Shown: positions 1 through 12,500 of the stretch, piece by piece | Numbering within the stretch: the stretch's first letter is position 1 | Layout of the letters: each line of letters starts with the position of its first letter | Assembly (NCBI RefSeq): GCF_902652985.1 | Contig: NC_047022.1 | Location: 40,734,001-40,798,000 of the forward strand | Reading direction: 5' to 3' | From: Pecten maximus | Taxonomy: Eukaryota | Length of the DNA: 64,000 nucleotides | Made by a program: the position numbers and the translations under genes | The notes under the pieces: generated by a model | Databases searched by the model: none | Seen by the model: only the letters and a program-made list of their open reading frames with translations | What the model was told of the DNA's origin: nothing

Positions 1-404
1 TTTTTCTCGTAAAATGTAAGTTTGCATAATATTACATCGTGTAGGAATGGTGATATAGAATAATCGGAGTTCAAGTTTTCGTTTCAGAACTAAAATAGAA
101 GACATAACACATACCGAGAGGATATAAATGAAAATAATAACATCTTTCAGATGGAATTTTCGATGAGGAGCAAGTGATTTTTAATCCTTGCGATAGTTTG
201 GTTATAGTTAAAAGATATGTTGATAGTATCAGGGCAAGATTGATATCTAAACATGTACCAAAACTTATTCTTTGTATCAATTCCCTCTTTATCGGTACAT
301 AATTGTTATTTTTTTCTCGCCTCTGCAATCAGAAGCCATTTTCAACCGCTTCAGCTATCGCAACATCCGGTAACCATACAGTTGAGTTCGCACACAATGC
401 ATAC

Positions 405-610
405 GAGTGGTCTTTCCTCAACATGATAAAACAGGTAAGAGCGAGTTGTCTCTCCCGATACCCTCAATCAGGGTAATAAAAGTTGTCTTTCTTCAACATG
501 TCAAACCGAGTTAGAGCGAGTTGTCTCCCCTGATACCCTCAATCAGGGTAATAAAAGTTGTCTTTCCTCAACTATCAAAACAAGTAAGAGCCAGTTGTCT
601 CTCCTTCCCT
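405..610. repeat. Short tandem repeat, ~77-bp unit, ~2.5 copies
   Basis: GAGTTGTCTC..GATACCCTCAATCAGGGTAATAAAAGTTGTCTTTC recurs at ~443 and ~518, partly again at ~593. Confidence 0.7.
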
Positions 611-1015
611 CAATTATACCAGGAAAATCAGACTGATAACATGTATACCAGAGGACCGAGGATCTTAAATCTATGCACAATTAAAAACTTCAGACGTTGT
701 GGGTTTTTTCCTGATTTTTTCTTACGGAATAATGGCAATGGGTTATATAAAAATATTCTTTGTTTCTTGATGAATAACAGTTATATAACATCGAGGTGGG
801 TGAAAAATTTACATGAGTTAAAAATATCAAGGTTTCCAACCCACGAAAAGGCAACTACATTTAGCTGCACTTAAGGAGAACAAAACACTGACGGAGTACA
901 ATCATTCTCCACAAGGAGCAAACAGACAAAGCGTTTACAACGTCACGTGACAGAAGAAACGGTAAGTAGTATGATGGTGTTATATTTTGTGATGACGTGT
1001 GAAAAAGTACATTTT

Positions 1016-1181
1016 GCGGGCTATCTGATGAAGCGGGATATCTGATGAAGTGGGTTATCTGATGTAGTGGGCTATCTCATGAAGCGGGCTATCTGATGAA
1101 GCGGGATATCTGATGAAGCGGGCTATCTGATGAAGCGGGATATCTGATGAAGCGGGCTATCTGATGAGGCGGGATATCTGA
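1016..1181. repeat. 17-bp minisatellite (GCGGGMTATCTGATGAA), ~10 copies
   Basis: Direct tandem repetition is visible. Confidence 0.9.
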
Positions 1182-1839
1182 CAATACATCAAAACTCGAG
1201 ATCAAACAGCAAAGACAACAGCCGCAACGTTATACAACAACTTCATTGTACATTACGGCATACCCAGGCGAATTCATTCCGATCAAAGTCCAAACTTTGA
1301 AAGCGAGGTGATACGTGAACTGTGTGATTTACTTGGGATGGAGAAGTCTCACACTACGCCGTACCATCCTATGGGGAATGGAATCACAGAACGGTTTAAC
1401 CGTACACTTATTAGCATGCTTTGAACTTTGGAACCTGAAGATAAGAAGGATTGGAAGGCTGATATTCCATCTCTTGTTCACGACTACAATTGCACCCGTC
1501 ATGAGTCTATCAAAGTTTTACCATTTTACCTGTTTGGGAAGGCTCATCAAGCAAGAACAAACTCTCTCTGACTACACACAGAATCTTCGGGACCGGTGTA
1601 ACGTTGAAATGGACCCCCGTGGAAAATGGAACCCGGTTCCATTTTCAACGTTGAAAACGGAACCGGGACGCCGTGGAAAACTGACTCTCCTGTTGAAAAT
1701 GGACCCCACCAGGCCTCTCTTTTCCACGGGTAGTCTGTTGAAAACGGAACCCGTTGAAAAGTGAGCCACATGTACATGTTTCTCTGAATAATAGCACTGT
1801 TATAAGATACAAATCTGTATACAATTTAACAAGCATAAA

Positions 1840-3690
1840 TATTGATCGATATTGATTAACAATTCGATCTTTGGTGACCCATATAATGACCTTTAGTATA
1901 TCTTCAAATTGTAATATATAATATGTGATTGTATTTGTATTTTTTGTGTTTTGATAAAGGGGCGGATTGCCTCGAAAATTTAACAAGCCTCATTGTTCAC
2001 ACTGTTTGAATTACTTCTTTGCCCCATACATTCAAATTGTAATATGATATACATATAAAATGTAAACAATATAGATCAACATTGATAAACAATTTGACCT
2101 TTGACCTTTGGTGACCAATATTATGACCTTTGGTACAACTTATCACTATGATAAGATATTCCTGTAACAAGTACACGATATTGATCGACGTTGATTAACA
2201 ATTTGACCTGTGACCTTTGGTGACCCATATAATGACCTTTGGTATAACTCATCATTGTTATCAGATATGCATATGACATGTACACGATATTGATCGACAT
2301 TGATTGATAATTTGACCTGTGAGCTTTGGTGACCCATATGATGACCTTTGGTATACCTTCAAATTGTAATATGATATGCATGTAAAATTTATACGATATT
2401 GATCGACATTGATTGACAATTTGACCTTTGACCTTTGGTGACTCATAAAATGACCTTTGGAGTAACTGTTATCAGATATGCATATGACATGTACACGATA
2501 TTGACCGACAATTGGACATGTGACATTTGGTGATCCGTATAATGACCTTTGGTATATCTTCAAACTGTGATATGATATGCATATAAAATGTATACGATAT
2601 TGATCGATATTGATAAACAATTTGACCTTCGACCTTTGGTGACATATATAATGACTTTGGTATAATTTAACACTATGATAAGATATTCATGTAACAAGTA
2701 CACGATATTAATCGACACTGATTAACAATTTGACCTGTGACCTTTGGTGACCCATATAATGACCTTTGGTATAAATTATGACTGATATAAGTTATGCACA
2801 TATGTAACAAGTACACGATATTGATCGACGTTGATTAACAATTTGACCTGTGACCTTTGGTGACCCATATAATGACCTTTGGTATAACTCATCATTGTTA
2901 TCAGATATGCATATGACATGTACACGATATTGATCGACATTGATTGATAATTTGACCTGTGACCTTTGGTGACCCATATGATGACCTTTGGTATATCTTC
3001 AAATTGTAATATGATATGCATGTAAAATTTATACGATATTGATCGACATTGATTGACAATTTGACCTTTGACCTTTGGTGACTCATAAAATGACCTTTGG
3101 AGTAACTGTTATCAGATATGCATATGACATGTACACGATATTGACCGACAATTGGACATGTGACATTTGGTGATCCGTATAATGACCTTTGGTATATCTT
3201 CAAACTGTGATATGATATGCATATAAAATGTATACGATATTGATCGATATTGATAAACAATTTGACCTTCGACCTTTGGTGACATATATAATGACTTTGG
3301 TATAATTTAACACTATGATAAGATATTCATGTAACAAGTACACGATATTAATCGACACTGATTAACAATTTGACCTGTGACCTTTGGTGACCCATATAAT
3401 GACCTTTGGTATAAATTATGACTGATATAAGTTATGCATATATGTAACATGTACACGATATTGATCGACATTGATTGACGATGCGAACTGTGACATTTGG
3501 TAACCTATATAATAACCTTAGGTATATCTTCAAACTGTAATAAGATATGCATATAAAATGTATACGATATTGATCGATATTTACATTTGACCTTTGTTGA
3601 CCCATATAATGACCTTTCGTATAAATTCAAACAATGATAAGATAATCATGTATATGATATTGATTGATATGGATAAACAATTTGTCCTTT
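1840..3690 (+). repeat. ~108-bp satellite, left arm, including a 640-bp higher-order duplication
   Basis: Unit with TTGACCTTTGACCTTTGGTGACCCATATAATGACCTTTGG and ACGATATTGATCGACATTGAT. ORFs 2261..2620 and 2901..3260 are near-identical at a 640-bp offset. Confidence 0.9.
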
Positions 3691-3809
3691 TAAGCGTTCG
3701 TTTTTTTTTCCATAAACCGAGATCCACTGTATCATTTGAATATGGAACCGGGGTCATTTAAAAAAAATTATATGGAAATGGGTCAGTATGTTGTGAGGTC
3801 CATTTCACA

Positions 3810-5110
3810 AAAGGTCACAAGTCAGATTCTTCATAAATATGGACCAATCTCGTATACATGTCATATACACGTCTTATATAGTTAAAAGTTACATCAAAGG
3901 TCATAGGTCATTTTTATCAATGTCGATCAATATCGTTTTCGTGCTATGTGAATATCTTATAGCAGTGATAAGTTATACCAAAGTTTATTAAATGGGTTAC
4001 CAAAGGTCAAAGGTCAAATTATTAATCAATGTCGACCAATATTTTATACATTTCATATGCATATCATTACAGTTTGAATAGGGTCACCAAAGGTCATAGG
4101 TCAAATTCTTAATTAATGTTGACCAATGTCGTATACATTTCATATGCATATCTTATAACGGTGACAAGTTATACCAATGGTCATTATATGGGTCACCAAC
4201 GTTCAAAGGTTAAATTGTTTATCAATGTCGATCAATATCGTGTACATGTTATATGCATATCTGATAACACTGATGAGTTAAAGCAAAGGTCATCATATGG
4301 GTCCCCAAGGGTCAAAGGTCAAATTATTAATCATTGTCGATCAATATCGTATACATTTCATATCATATTACAGTTTAAATATACACCAAAAGTCATTATA
4401 TCGGTCACCAAAGGTCACAGGTCAAATTCTTAATTAATTTGGACAATGTCATATACATTTCATATGCATATCTTATAACGGTGATAAGTTATACGAAATG
4501 TCATTATCTGGGTCACCAAAGGTCAAAGGTTAAATTGTTTATCAATGTCGATCAATACCCTGTACATGCCATATGAATATCTTAAAACAGTGATGAGTTA
4601 TAGCAAAGGTCATTATATGGTCACAAAGGGTCAAAGGTCAAATTATTACTCAATGTCGATCAATATCGTATATATTTCATATGCATATCATATTACAGTT
4701 TGAATATATACCAAAGGTCATTATATGGGTCACCAAAGATTACAGGTCAAATTCTTAATTAATTTGGACAATGTCATATACATTTCATATGCATATCTTA
4801 TAACGGTGATAAGTTATACGAAAGTTCATTATCTGGGTCACCAAAGGTCAAAGGTTAAACCGTTTATCAATGTCGATCAATATCGTGTATATGTCATATG
4901 AATATCTATAGCAAAGGTCAATATATTGGTCACTAAATGTCATAGGTCAAATTGGTCATTATATTGGTCACTAGTTGTCAGGAGTTAAAGTGTTAATCAA
5001 TGTACATAAGTGTTACATACATTTTATATACACTTCTCATAACAGCCCAATGTGATATCAAAGGTCACCTAAGGTCACAGGCCATTTTATTTTACCAATG
5101 TCCTTCAATA
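3810..5110 (-). repeat. ~108-bp satellite, right arm in inverted orientation
   Basis: Reverse-complement unit CCAAAGGTCATTATATGGGTCACCAAAGGTCAAAGGTCAAATT..ATCAATGTCGATCAATATCGT is repeated. Confidence 0.9.
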
Positions 5111-5452
5111 TCGTTTATACATTGTATCATGTAAGCATATCTTATCGCAATGTCTATGACAATATAAACTGGTACCGAGATCCAATACTTTTATGTGGTT
5201 CACTATTCAACGGGGTCCATTTTCAACGGGTATGTAAAGAAAATTTGATATTTGGTTCCGTTTTCCACGGGGGTCCATTTTCAACGTTACACCGGCTCAC
5301 CTTTAGCTATGAATTAGCATCAAAGACGTTATCAAAAGAGGCGCCAGAAGACACATTATGACCTCAAGGTCCGAGGGACACATGTAAAGGTTGGAGATCG
5401 AGTTCTGGTAAGGAGGTTGGCTTTTGATGGGAAGCACAAGCAAGCAGATCTT

Positions 5453-6108
5453 CATTTCAACAAATGTTATTGACATTTGATGTTATTTGTCAAAAGGATT
5501 AAATAACAGGCCAAACCTATATAAATTTTCTCCTATGGTGGCAATTGGAATGTATAAATATGAAATTAATATATAAATTTACTATGAAATGAAAAAATTA
5601 CATGTATAACTAACATTTAAGGGAGATAACTCAAACATAAGCATTCACACATCATTCATACATTTTGCTTATATATACATGTATACTTGATAATATTTAA
5701 TATGAACTTTATCTATAAGAATTATTCATTGACAGGCATTAACCAAAAGTCCATGTGCATGTATGCACAGGTCGTGCCTGTCAATAATTAAGCAAAAATA
5801 ATATATATAAATGTAAAATATTATATCAAAAATTGTCAGAAAAAATTACTATCACTCAAAATGTTTAGCAGACGCTTTACTTCACATATATACAAGTCTT
5901 AGCTATCTCAACTGCTGACACATGTGACCAATGAAGATGAAGGGATATTTCAGGACATGTATAATCATACATACTCCATATTCATTAAAATTTAAGGTAT
6001 AAATAATATAACATAGTACAATACAATATAATATATAATATATAATATCATGACTTATATATTAAAGCATATAGAGATTAAAGCGTCTCGATTTCCCAAT
6101 GAACAAGA
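5453..6108. mobile_element. Unclassified ~656-bp AT-rich insertion in the Gypsy integrase
   Basis: Flanked by AGATCTT at 5446-5452 and 6109-6115. Removal rejoins K-Q-A-D-L-W. Confidence 0.6.
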
Positions 6109-6109
6109 A

Positions 6110-6883
6110 GATCTTTGGTAGGAAGATGCTTATACTGTGATCAAGCAGCCTAACCCTAACATTCCTGTATTCGTAGTGGAGTTGGAGTCAGGAGAAGGGA
6201 GAACAAGAACCCTGCATAGGAACAACTTATTGCCTATTGGATATATTCCAAGGGAACCGATGCCCTTGGAAGGGACACCCGGGAATGAAGATGACGAAGA
6301 TCAGCATATAAAGAAACCAGAATCAACTCTTGCATATTCCAGTGACTCTGACGTTGATGATGCAGATGTTTTATTAGTGCCTTGTACAGCTGACAGCTTG
6401 GAGTCTGATCATGAAGGAGGCGATACAGCAGCACAGGAACCGGATGACGATCCTGACTCTCCTGTGTCTGCCTCTGATCCGTCTGGTGACGACCAGTTCT
6501 CTACTGAGGAGGGAGGATCAGATGATGCCAATAAGGAAACTGTTCCCAAGTCAGTAGTGACATCTACTGATGGTAATGGTCAAGACACAGCTGTCATCCC
6601 GGCTGATAATGTCATGGGCAATGCAGGAGCTTCTGCAGATAAGGAACAAGTTTCGTCAGAACGCCCGTTATCAGTACCCAGACGGTTATTGCGAAAACAT
6701 GACAACCTGAATGGCAAAACATCTGGAGACTTTGTGATGGGAAAAGTCAAGAGTACACATACGGATGTGGATTCATGGAGGACTAAATCTGGACTGCTTG
6801 AAAGTTTGGCCAAGCAAGGTGTGTTTTCTGGAATTCCTCCGGATGTTTCTGTCGCAGTCATCAAGACCATTTGTGACTTGTAG
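6110..6883 (+). pseudogene. C-terminal part of Gypsy pol (integrase tail plus acidic low-complexity extension)
   Basis: ORF 6137..6883 starts with an integrase C-terminal motif (PNIPVFVV..RTLHRNNLLP). The upstream integrase has stops and insertions. Confidence 0.75.
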
Positions 6884-7181
6884 TGTATTGCAGTCATCAA
6901 GGCCATTTGTGATATATATATAGTGCATTATCTTTTTATGAGTTCTTGTTGAACTGTGTGATGTTTTATCTATTTTTCAGGTTTTACTTTTCTCAGTTAT
7001 TTTTCATTTCATAATATTTCTTGTATGTGATAAGATGAGCCCTTACATTGTTACATTCCCTCTAATATGTATTTCGTATTGTGATTATGCTATAATAACA
7101 ATTGTCGTCGCAATAGCTGTGATGTTCTGAATCTTGATAGCACTTAAGGCGACGAGGACGTCTTTTGTTAGCAGGGGAGGA

Positions 7182-8141
7182 TGTAATAGGGTCATTTTCA
7201 AAGTCATTTTGCCGTGTTATTTTAGCACTTATACCATATTGCTATACCGCGTTGGGCGGAATTGGCCGTGGTCACTTTTGTCTGTACTTGGCGGGAAGTA
7301 AAAAGGTAGCCATTGTCTACGGACGGACCAAATATGTAGTCGCCGTCAAGACAGATTTTAGGTATGTTACAATGCTAAACTATGTACAGTTAAGATTAAG
7401 AATAATTGTAAATCAATGCAGTTAACATTTATGTATTTTATAAAATGAAATAACATGTAATAAGCTTTTATATAAGTAAAAGATTATAGTCCATATATTC
7501 CCAACAGCTAGACGTTAAGTTCATGAATACATGTACGTTCCGTTAATCTTTTTACAAGATAATAGTTTTGCTGTCCTACGGATCCAAGTGTAACATTGTC
7601 TTATTAGCGGTTTATTTTATTTCCAGTATTTAGATTCATCATTGTCCTGGATATTCCAGATGATAGTTATTTGACCCTTGACCCATTGTTAGGGTAGGTA
7701 TTATATGTATAAGTAAATATTTCCAATACGATGTAAACGTAAATGGTTTATGATCATCATGTACATGTATGAATTTAAAAGTATGAACAGCATACCGCTG
7801 TAGTGATTGTACATCCATAATATAAACTTTGTGGATTATTATACAGCTATATTTATATCAATGTATGTGTATTCATATAATTATAGTACACGTTCATATA
7901 TACATATGTAATAGAAAGAGAGAAGTAATTTATGACTGTATGAAATAAGGTAATGATAGGTGTTATTGTTTTATGTTGTAGGGTCGTTAACTTTGTTAAC
8001 GTTTACTGATTCAATACTAAACAACTGGACTAAAGATGATGTGTTGACCCTCATTTTCACATGTATAACTGGCGATTATATAATTATCTTGACAGTTAAC
8101 TAGGTAGACCCATGGTAGCGTACAGAGGCGGGTTGTCTACA
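7182..8141 (+). repeat. Probable Gypsy 3' LTR (~960 bp)
   Basis: Starts TGTAAT right after the purine tract. The end is inferred at ..GGGTTGTCTACA; no second LTR in the window confirms it. Confidence 0.6.
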
Positions 8142-9004
8142 TACTTTGAATTATAAAACAGAATTTCGAATTGTGTGGCCAATCTAGGCCAATCTGACGG
8201 AGCGAGCAATACACAGGAAATGATAGCAATGTACAAAGGTTTCACATTAAATCATTTTAGATGACATAGCTCGAAATGTTTCATGTACATGTAGATACGA
8301 GGCTTCTCTCCCAGGCTGTTGACCTGGGATCCAGTCAGGGAGATTATAAACACTATCTAGTGTCTATCGGATAGATGGATCCGGAAATACCATTCATATC
8401 AATCTATCAGTTTATGGTAGATTCGTTATTCTAAAAGACGGAAATGAAGACTCTGTAAGGCCTCTTTTCTCAGTATATATTTGACACCGCTGTCACATAA
8501 ATAAGTGCACGTAACCTGGTAGCCGGAGAGACATAAAATATGTTTTTTCTTCTTAATTGTCCACGTTTATATCAAATTTCAACTAAGAGTGCGTTACTTT
8601 CCAATACGTAGCTATACCAATCAGAATGATACTCCTAGACATTGTGTTTACCTGTCAAGGTAGGGAACACAGGAAGGCCAGGGAAAGTAAGCATACAAAC
8701 ATTAAAATAAACCCAAACGGTGCCAAGCGCAACTACAACTAACGAGACTAAATCTAAGGCAGCATGTCTGATAAACCTGAAGAGATACTTCAAGACACTG
8801 GGCACGTGTAATTACGATAATTTATTGTTTCAACACGCGGTACAAACAAAATGAAAAACCGATAAATGTTCATATCCTCTAATTTTGTCACATAGAAACG
8901 TGTACTGAAGTTTATTTAGTGATCGGAGATGTGCCGTTTACCGGTCCGTCTGCGGGTAAGCCTCTTTAAAGGCCGTACAGTAAGAGACACAGGTGTTGTG
9001 ACAG

Positions 9005-9390
9005 ATATCACCGTGTACAGCCTCACCATTGGGGATGTGGTATCGTGGGATATAGGGTGTCGTCACTGAAGCGGCAGGGTGACCAACAAGGGAAGCCAAA
9101 TTTTTCAAAACATATTTATTGTACTTCAAATGATGTGCACGGAATGAGGGAATGTTACGGTGACGTAACTATCTAAAATATTTAGTGCAATACCCTTCTG
9201 AATGTGCAAACACTCCGAGTGTCAATACCTAAAGGCTGAATTTGCTATGCATGCGAGAATTTTCTTCAAATATATCTGTATTACATGTTTGTATAATAGG
9301 ATTTTCGCTTCTTTGAGAGTAATAAAGACTTGCGCGATGTAATTAAAGTCGTGGTTTTATGTTGATGTCGCTTTAAGCAATAACATGTTA
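9005..9390 (+). repeat. Left copy of a diverged ~380-bp inverted repeat
   Basis: Aligns by eye to the reverse complement of 13550-13943, e.g. ACAGCCTCACCATTGGGGATGTGGTAT and TTCTTCAAATATATCTGTATTACATGTTTGTA. Confidence 0.85.
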
Positions 9391-9539
9391 TTTTTATGGC
9401 GAAAAATTAATGTGTGTACTGGGGTTACGGTTTAAAAGAGCAATGGGGTTTCGGTTAAATTGTTAATTGTTTCATGTACGATCCCAGATGTCTATATTGA
9501 AATGGCGAAGAAAAAAGGGATTGTGGCCAAAAATACAGC

Positions 9540-12500
9540 CACAAGACAGAAACACAGACTTATAATCAATTACATCAAATAAGTGATGCATAGGAAGTTA
9601 GCATATGTGTCACCTTTGTTGGAAAGTAGAGCGATGCCCTCATCATGGACTTCTCTAAGGCGTTAGACAGTGTGAATCAATCTCTACTTTGTCACAAACC
9701 TAGATACTATCGAGTAAATGATAAAGTCAACACCTGGATAGAAAATTTACTATCACACAAAGAACAGTGTGTACTTGTGCGTGGCCAAAAATCTGAGCCC
9801 GTCAAAGTAACATTATGGGTGCCTCAAGGATCTGCCATCGGCCCATGTCTTTTCTTTTTCTATATAAAAGACATCCCCAAAATATCAATTCTACTGTTAG
9901 GCTTTTAGCTGAAGATACCATCATGCATTTGACAGTGAGTTCTGTAACAGGAGCGTGTCGGGGCCAGTTTGCGTACGTCAAACTGCACCCGACCCGCCCT
10001 TGTGGAACAACAACCCAGGTTCGATGGGTGACTTGTATCTGTCGTATAGAGAGAGAACAAACGTCTTGAACTACAATTAACCATTTATTAATGACGATAT
10101 AAACATTTACAACATAAAATTACATATAAACACACAACAGCATAAGCCTAGCTACTAAGTGTATCTAACATCCTAACCTAAATCCAACCCCCATACCTGT
10201 ACGACCTAACTAAACCCAAACATCCCGACTAATACTACCCACCCAAGACCCGAAATACCCTAACGCTACATTATTACTGACGAGGAAGACGTGACAGTAC
10301 ACAGGAAACTAATCCATCGGACTGCCTAGTATACGATACACCACCCTGAATTTATCCAACGTTTTAACAATACAAAACTATAAGGACCAATCACGACAGA
10401 GGATACACAGGGGCGACAGACACTGACGAAAAAGCAAGCGACTACGAACAATGCACGACAAAAACATCGACCAGAGACAGCACACGTGAACAGAGGACTA
10501 GCAAAGGTCAAGGTGACACAGGTGCACATAGTACAGACACGACATTTAGGCATGGCATATAGTTATCGTTAAGCTTAACCCTGTCAGCTTAACCTGTCCG
10601 TACATATACGATAACATCCCCCGCTACACACATCCCTTCTTTGAAAAAGTTAGCCCCCGTTTTTATGAAGTTAAAACAAAGTTTAATACATATAAAATAT
10701 AATTGAGAGCTAAAAACAAAGAAAATATGATATCAGTATGGCATACACATTTTCAAATATAAAGTCTGTAATTCTGAAATAGATATGAAATTGAAAACAC
10801 CCGAACGAATAGTACTTCCGGAATGTCTCGGGTAATATTGATTTTTTAGCACAGTTCAATTACACATCCTAGGTCTTCCTTCATCAGGTCGTGGTAGCCA
10901 CAGTCATCGGTGTGTTGATTACTGATTCCTCCCCGCTAGCTCGTCCATGGTCACGTTGGTAGCAATAGGCCATCCATCTCCTTTTCTTTTAAAACTTGGA
11001 CCGGAACTCCTCTTCCCTACAACGATGCACCGTGGAAGCGTCAATTCCTCCCAAGTCAGACCTAGCAGTCGTGCGCCTACTCCCATGGCGACTTATCCTC
11101 CTATATGTACAAATTGACTGCTATCCACACTTTGGTTGATCTGAGAGAGACCAAAGATCCACCTGCAGGAATGTATACACTTTTGTTGGCCCCTTCACCC
11201 AATCAATGTTTCCGATAGCCTCGTTTGCCCCTCCATTGACACATACAGCTCATACACCGGTACTTGACCAGTTCAATGGCTTTCATCTATTTTCATACAC
11301 CTTCACCATGACATACCCTCTTAAACTTCCCATTTCTACACTGTTAGGAGATAATTATATGGGAAATAATACCTAGTGTCATTTCCGGATATCCCTGTTG
11401 AGCCCACTCCTCTCACATTTGTGGTTTCCGACTCTCCCTTTCGTGCCACATTTACCCGACTATCAAACACACGAGCTTGTAGTACAGGCATTGTTTCGTT
11501 TGACAAGTCTTCACAGGACGTTCTATTTACGTCTACATCTGTCCCATAATACTTATTGACTAGAGACTTATAAAAATTAACAGAATTTGTGTTGTCTGTG
11601 TTGGATTATTAAATGTTAAATGAAGGTTTTTTTCTGTATCTACAGGTAATTCAATACCTTCTTTACAGAACATTTACGATTGCCTTATGTTGCCATCGTC
11701 CCTACAATATTGTATAGGCTCGAAATACTATCGACTGTTCGAACATTCTGATTATCGGGCTCTCCGCCATTACTGTTTACAGTGACGCGCCCCTGTGCCA
11801 TATTGGTGTACATATTAGTTTATTTCCAAGACCAGTAATAAAACTGACCAATTAAAACAACTTGTAACAGGGATTTTATTCAAGACACTTCCCCTTCTCC
11901 ATAAACAGAACAAGCTCTGGTCAATACGGCACCACTTTTCTAACAGGAGCGTGTCGGGGCCAGTTTGCGTACGTCAAACTGCACCCGACCCGCCCTTGTG
12001 GAACAACAACCCAGGTTCGATGGGTGACTTGTATCTGTCGTATAGAGAGAGAACAAACGTCTTGAACTACAATTAACCATTTATTAATGACGATATAAAC
12101 ATTTACAACATAAAATTACATATAAACACACAACAGCATAAGCCTAGCTACTAAGTGTATCTAACATCCTAACCTAAATCCAACCCCCATACCTGTACGA
12201 CCTAACTAAACCCAAACATCCCGACTAATACTACCCACCCAAGACCCGAAATACCCTAACGCTACATTATTACTGACGAGGAAGACGTGACAGTACACAG
12301 GAAACTAATCCATCGGACTGCCCAGTATACGATACACCACCCTGAATTTATCCAACGTTTTAACAATACAAAACTATAAGGACCAATCACGACAGAGGAT
12401 ACACAGGGGCGACAGACACTGACGAAAAAGCAAGCGACTACGAACAATGCACGACAAAAACATCGACCAGAGACAGCACACGTGAACAGAGGACTAGCAA

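Larger units (their letters stand above)
1597..5291. mobile_element. Non-autonomous Ginger1-like DNA transposon (TGT..ACA termini, ~38-bp TIRs, CCGG TSD) carrying inverted satellite arrays
   Basis: Left end TGTAACGTTGAAATGGACCCCCGTGGAAAATGGAACC; right end GGTTCCGTTTTCCACGGGGGTCCATTTTCAACGTTACA. CCGG at 1593-1596 and 5292-5295. Removal restores the integrase frame NLRDRLTFSYELA. No transposase ORF is present. Confidence 0.85.
1190..8141 (+). mobile_element. 5'-truncated, decayed Ty3/Gypsy LTR retrotransposon (integrase, polypurine tract, 3' LTR), split by two insertions
   Basis: 1195-1596 translates TRDQTAKTTAATLYNNFIVHYGIPRRIHSDQSPNFESEVIRELCDLLGMEKSHTTPYHPMGNGITERFNRTLISML* (rve integrase core). 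It resumes at 5296 (..HYDLKVRGTHVKVGDRVLVRRLAFDGKHKQAD) and 6110 (DLW*EDAYTVIKQPNPNIPVFVV..RTLHRNNLLP). GACGAGGACGTC and the purine tract AGCAGGGGAGGA precede TGTAATAGGG at 7182. Confidence 0.88.

Noticed and set aside
71-343. Possible minus-strand first exon near the window start
   Set aside because: The ATG frame closes after ~16 codons and no homology is recognisable.
1016-1181. CTGATGA in each 17-bp unit as hammerhead ribozyme cores
   Set aside because: No GAAA or stem II partner. CTGACGA in the LTRs (~10277) and CTGATGA at ~18604 also lack a correctly paired core.
2121-4433. Repeated 60-119-aa ORFs in the satellite
   Set aside because: Satellite translations with frequent stops; not a transposase.
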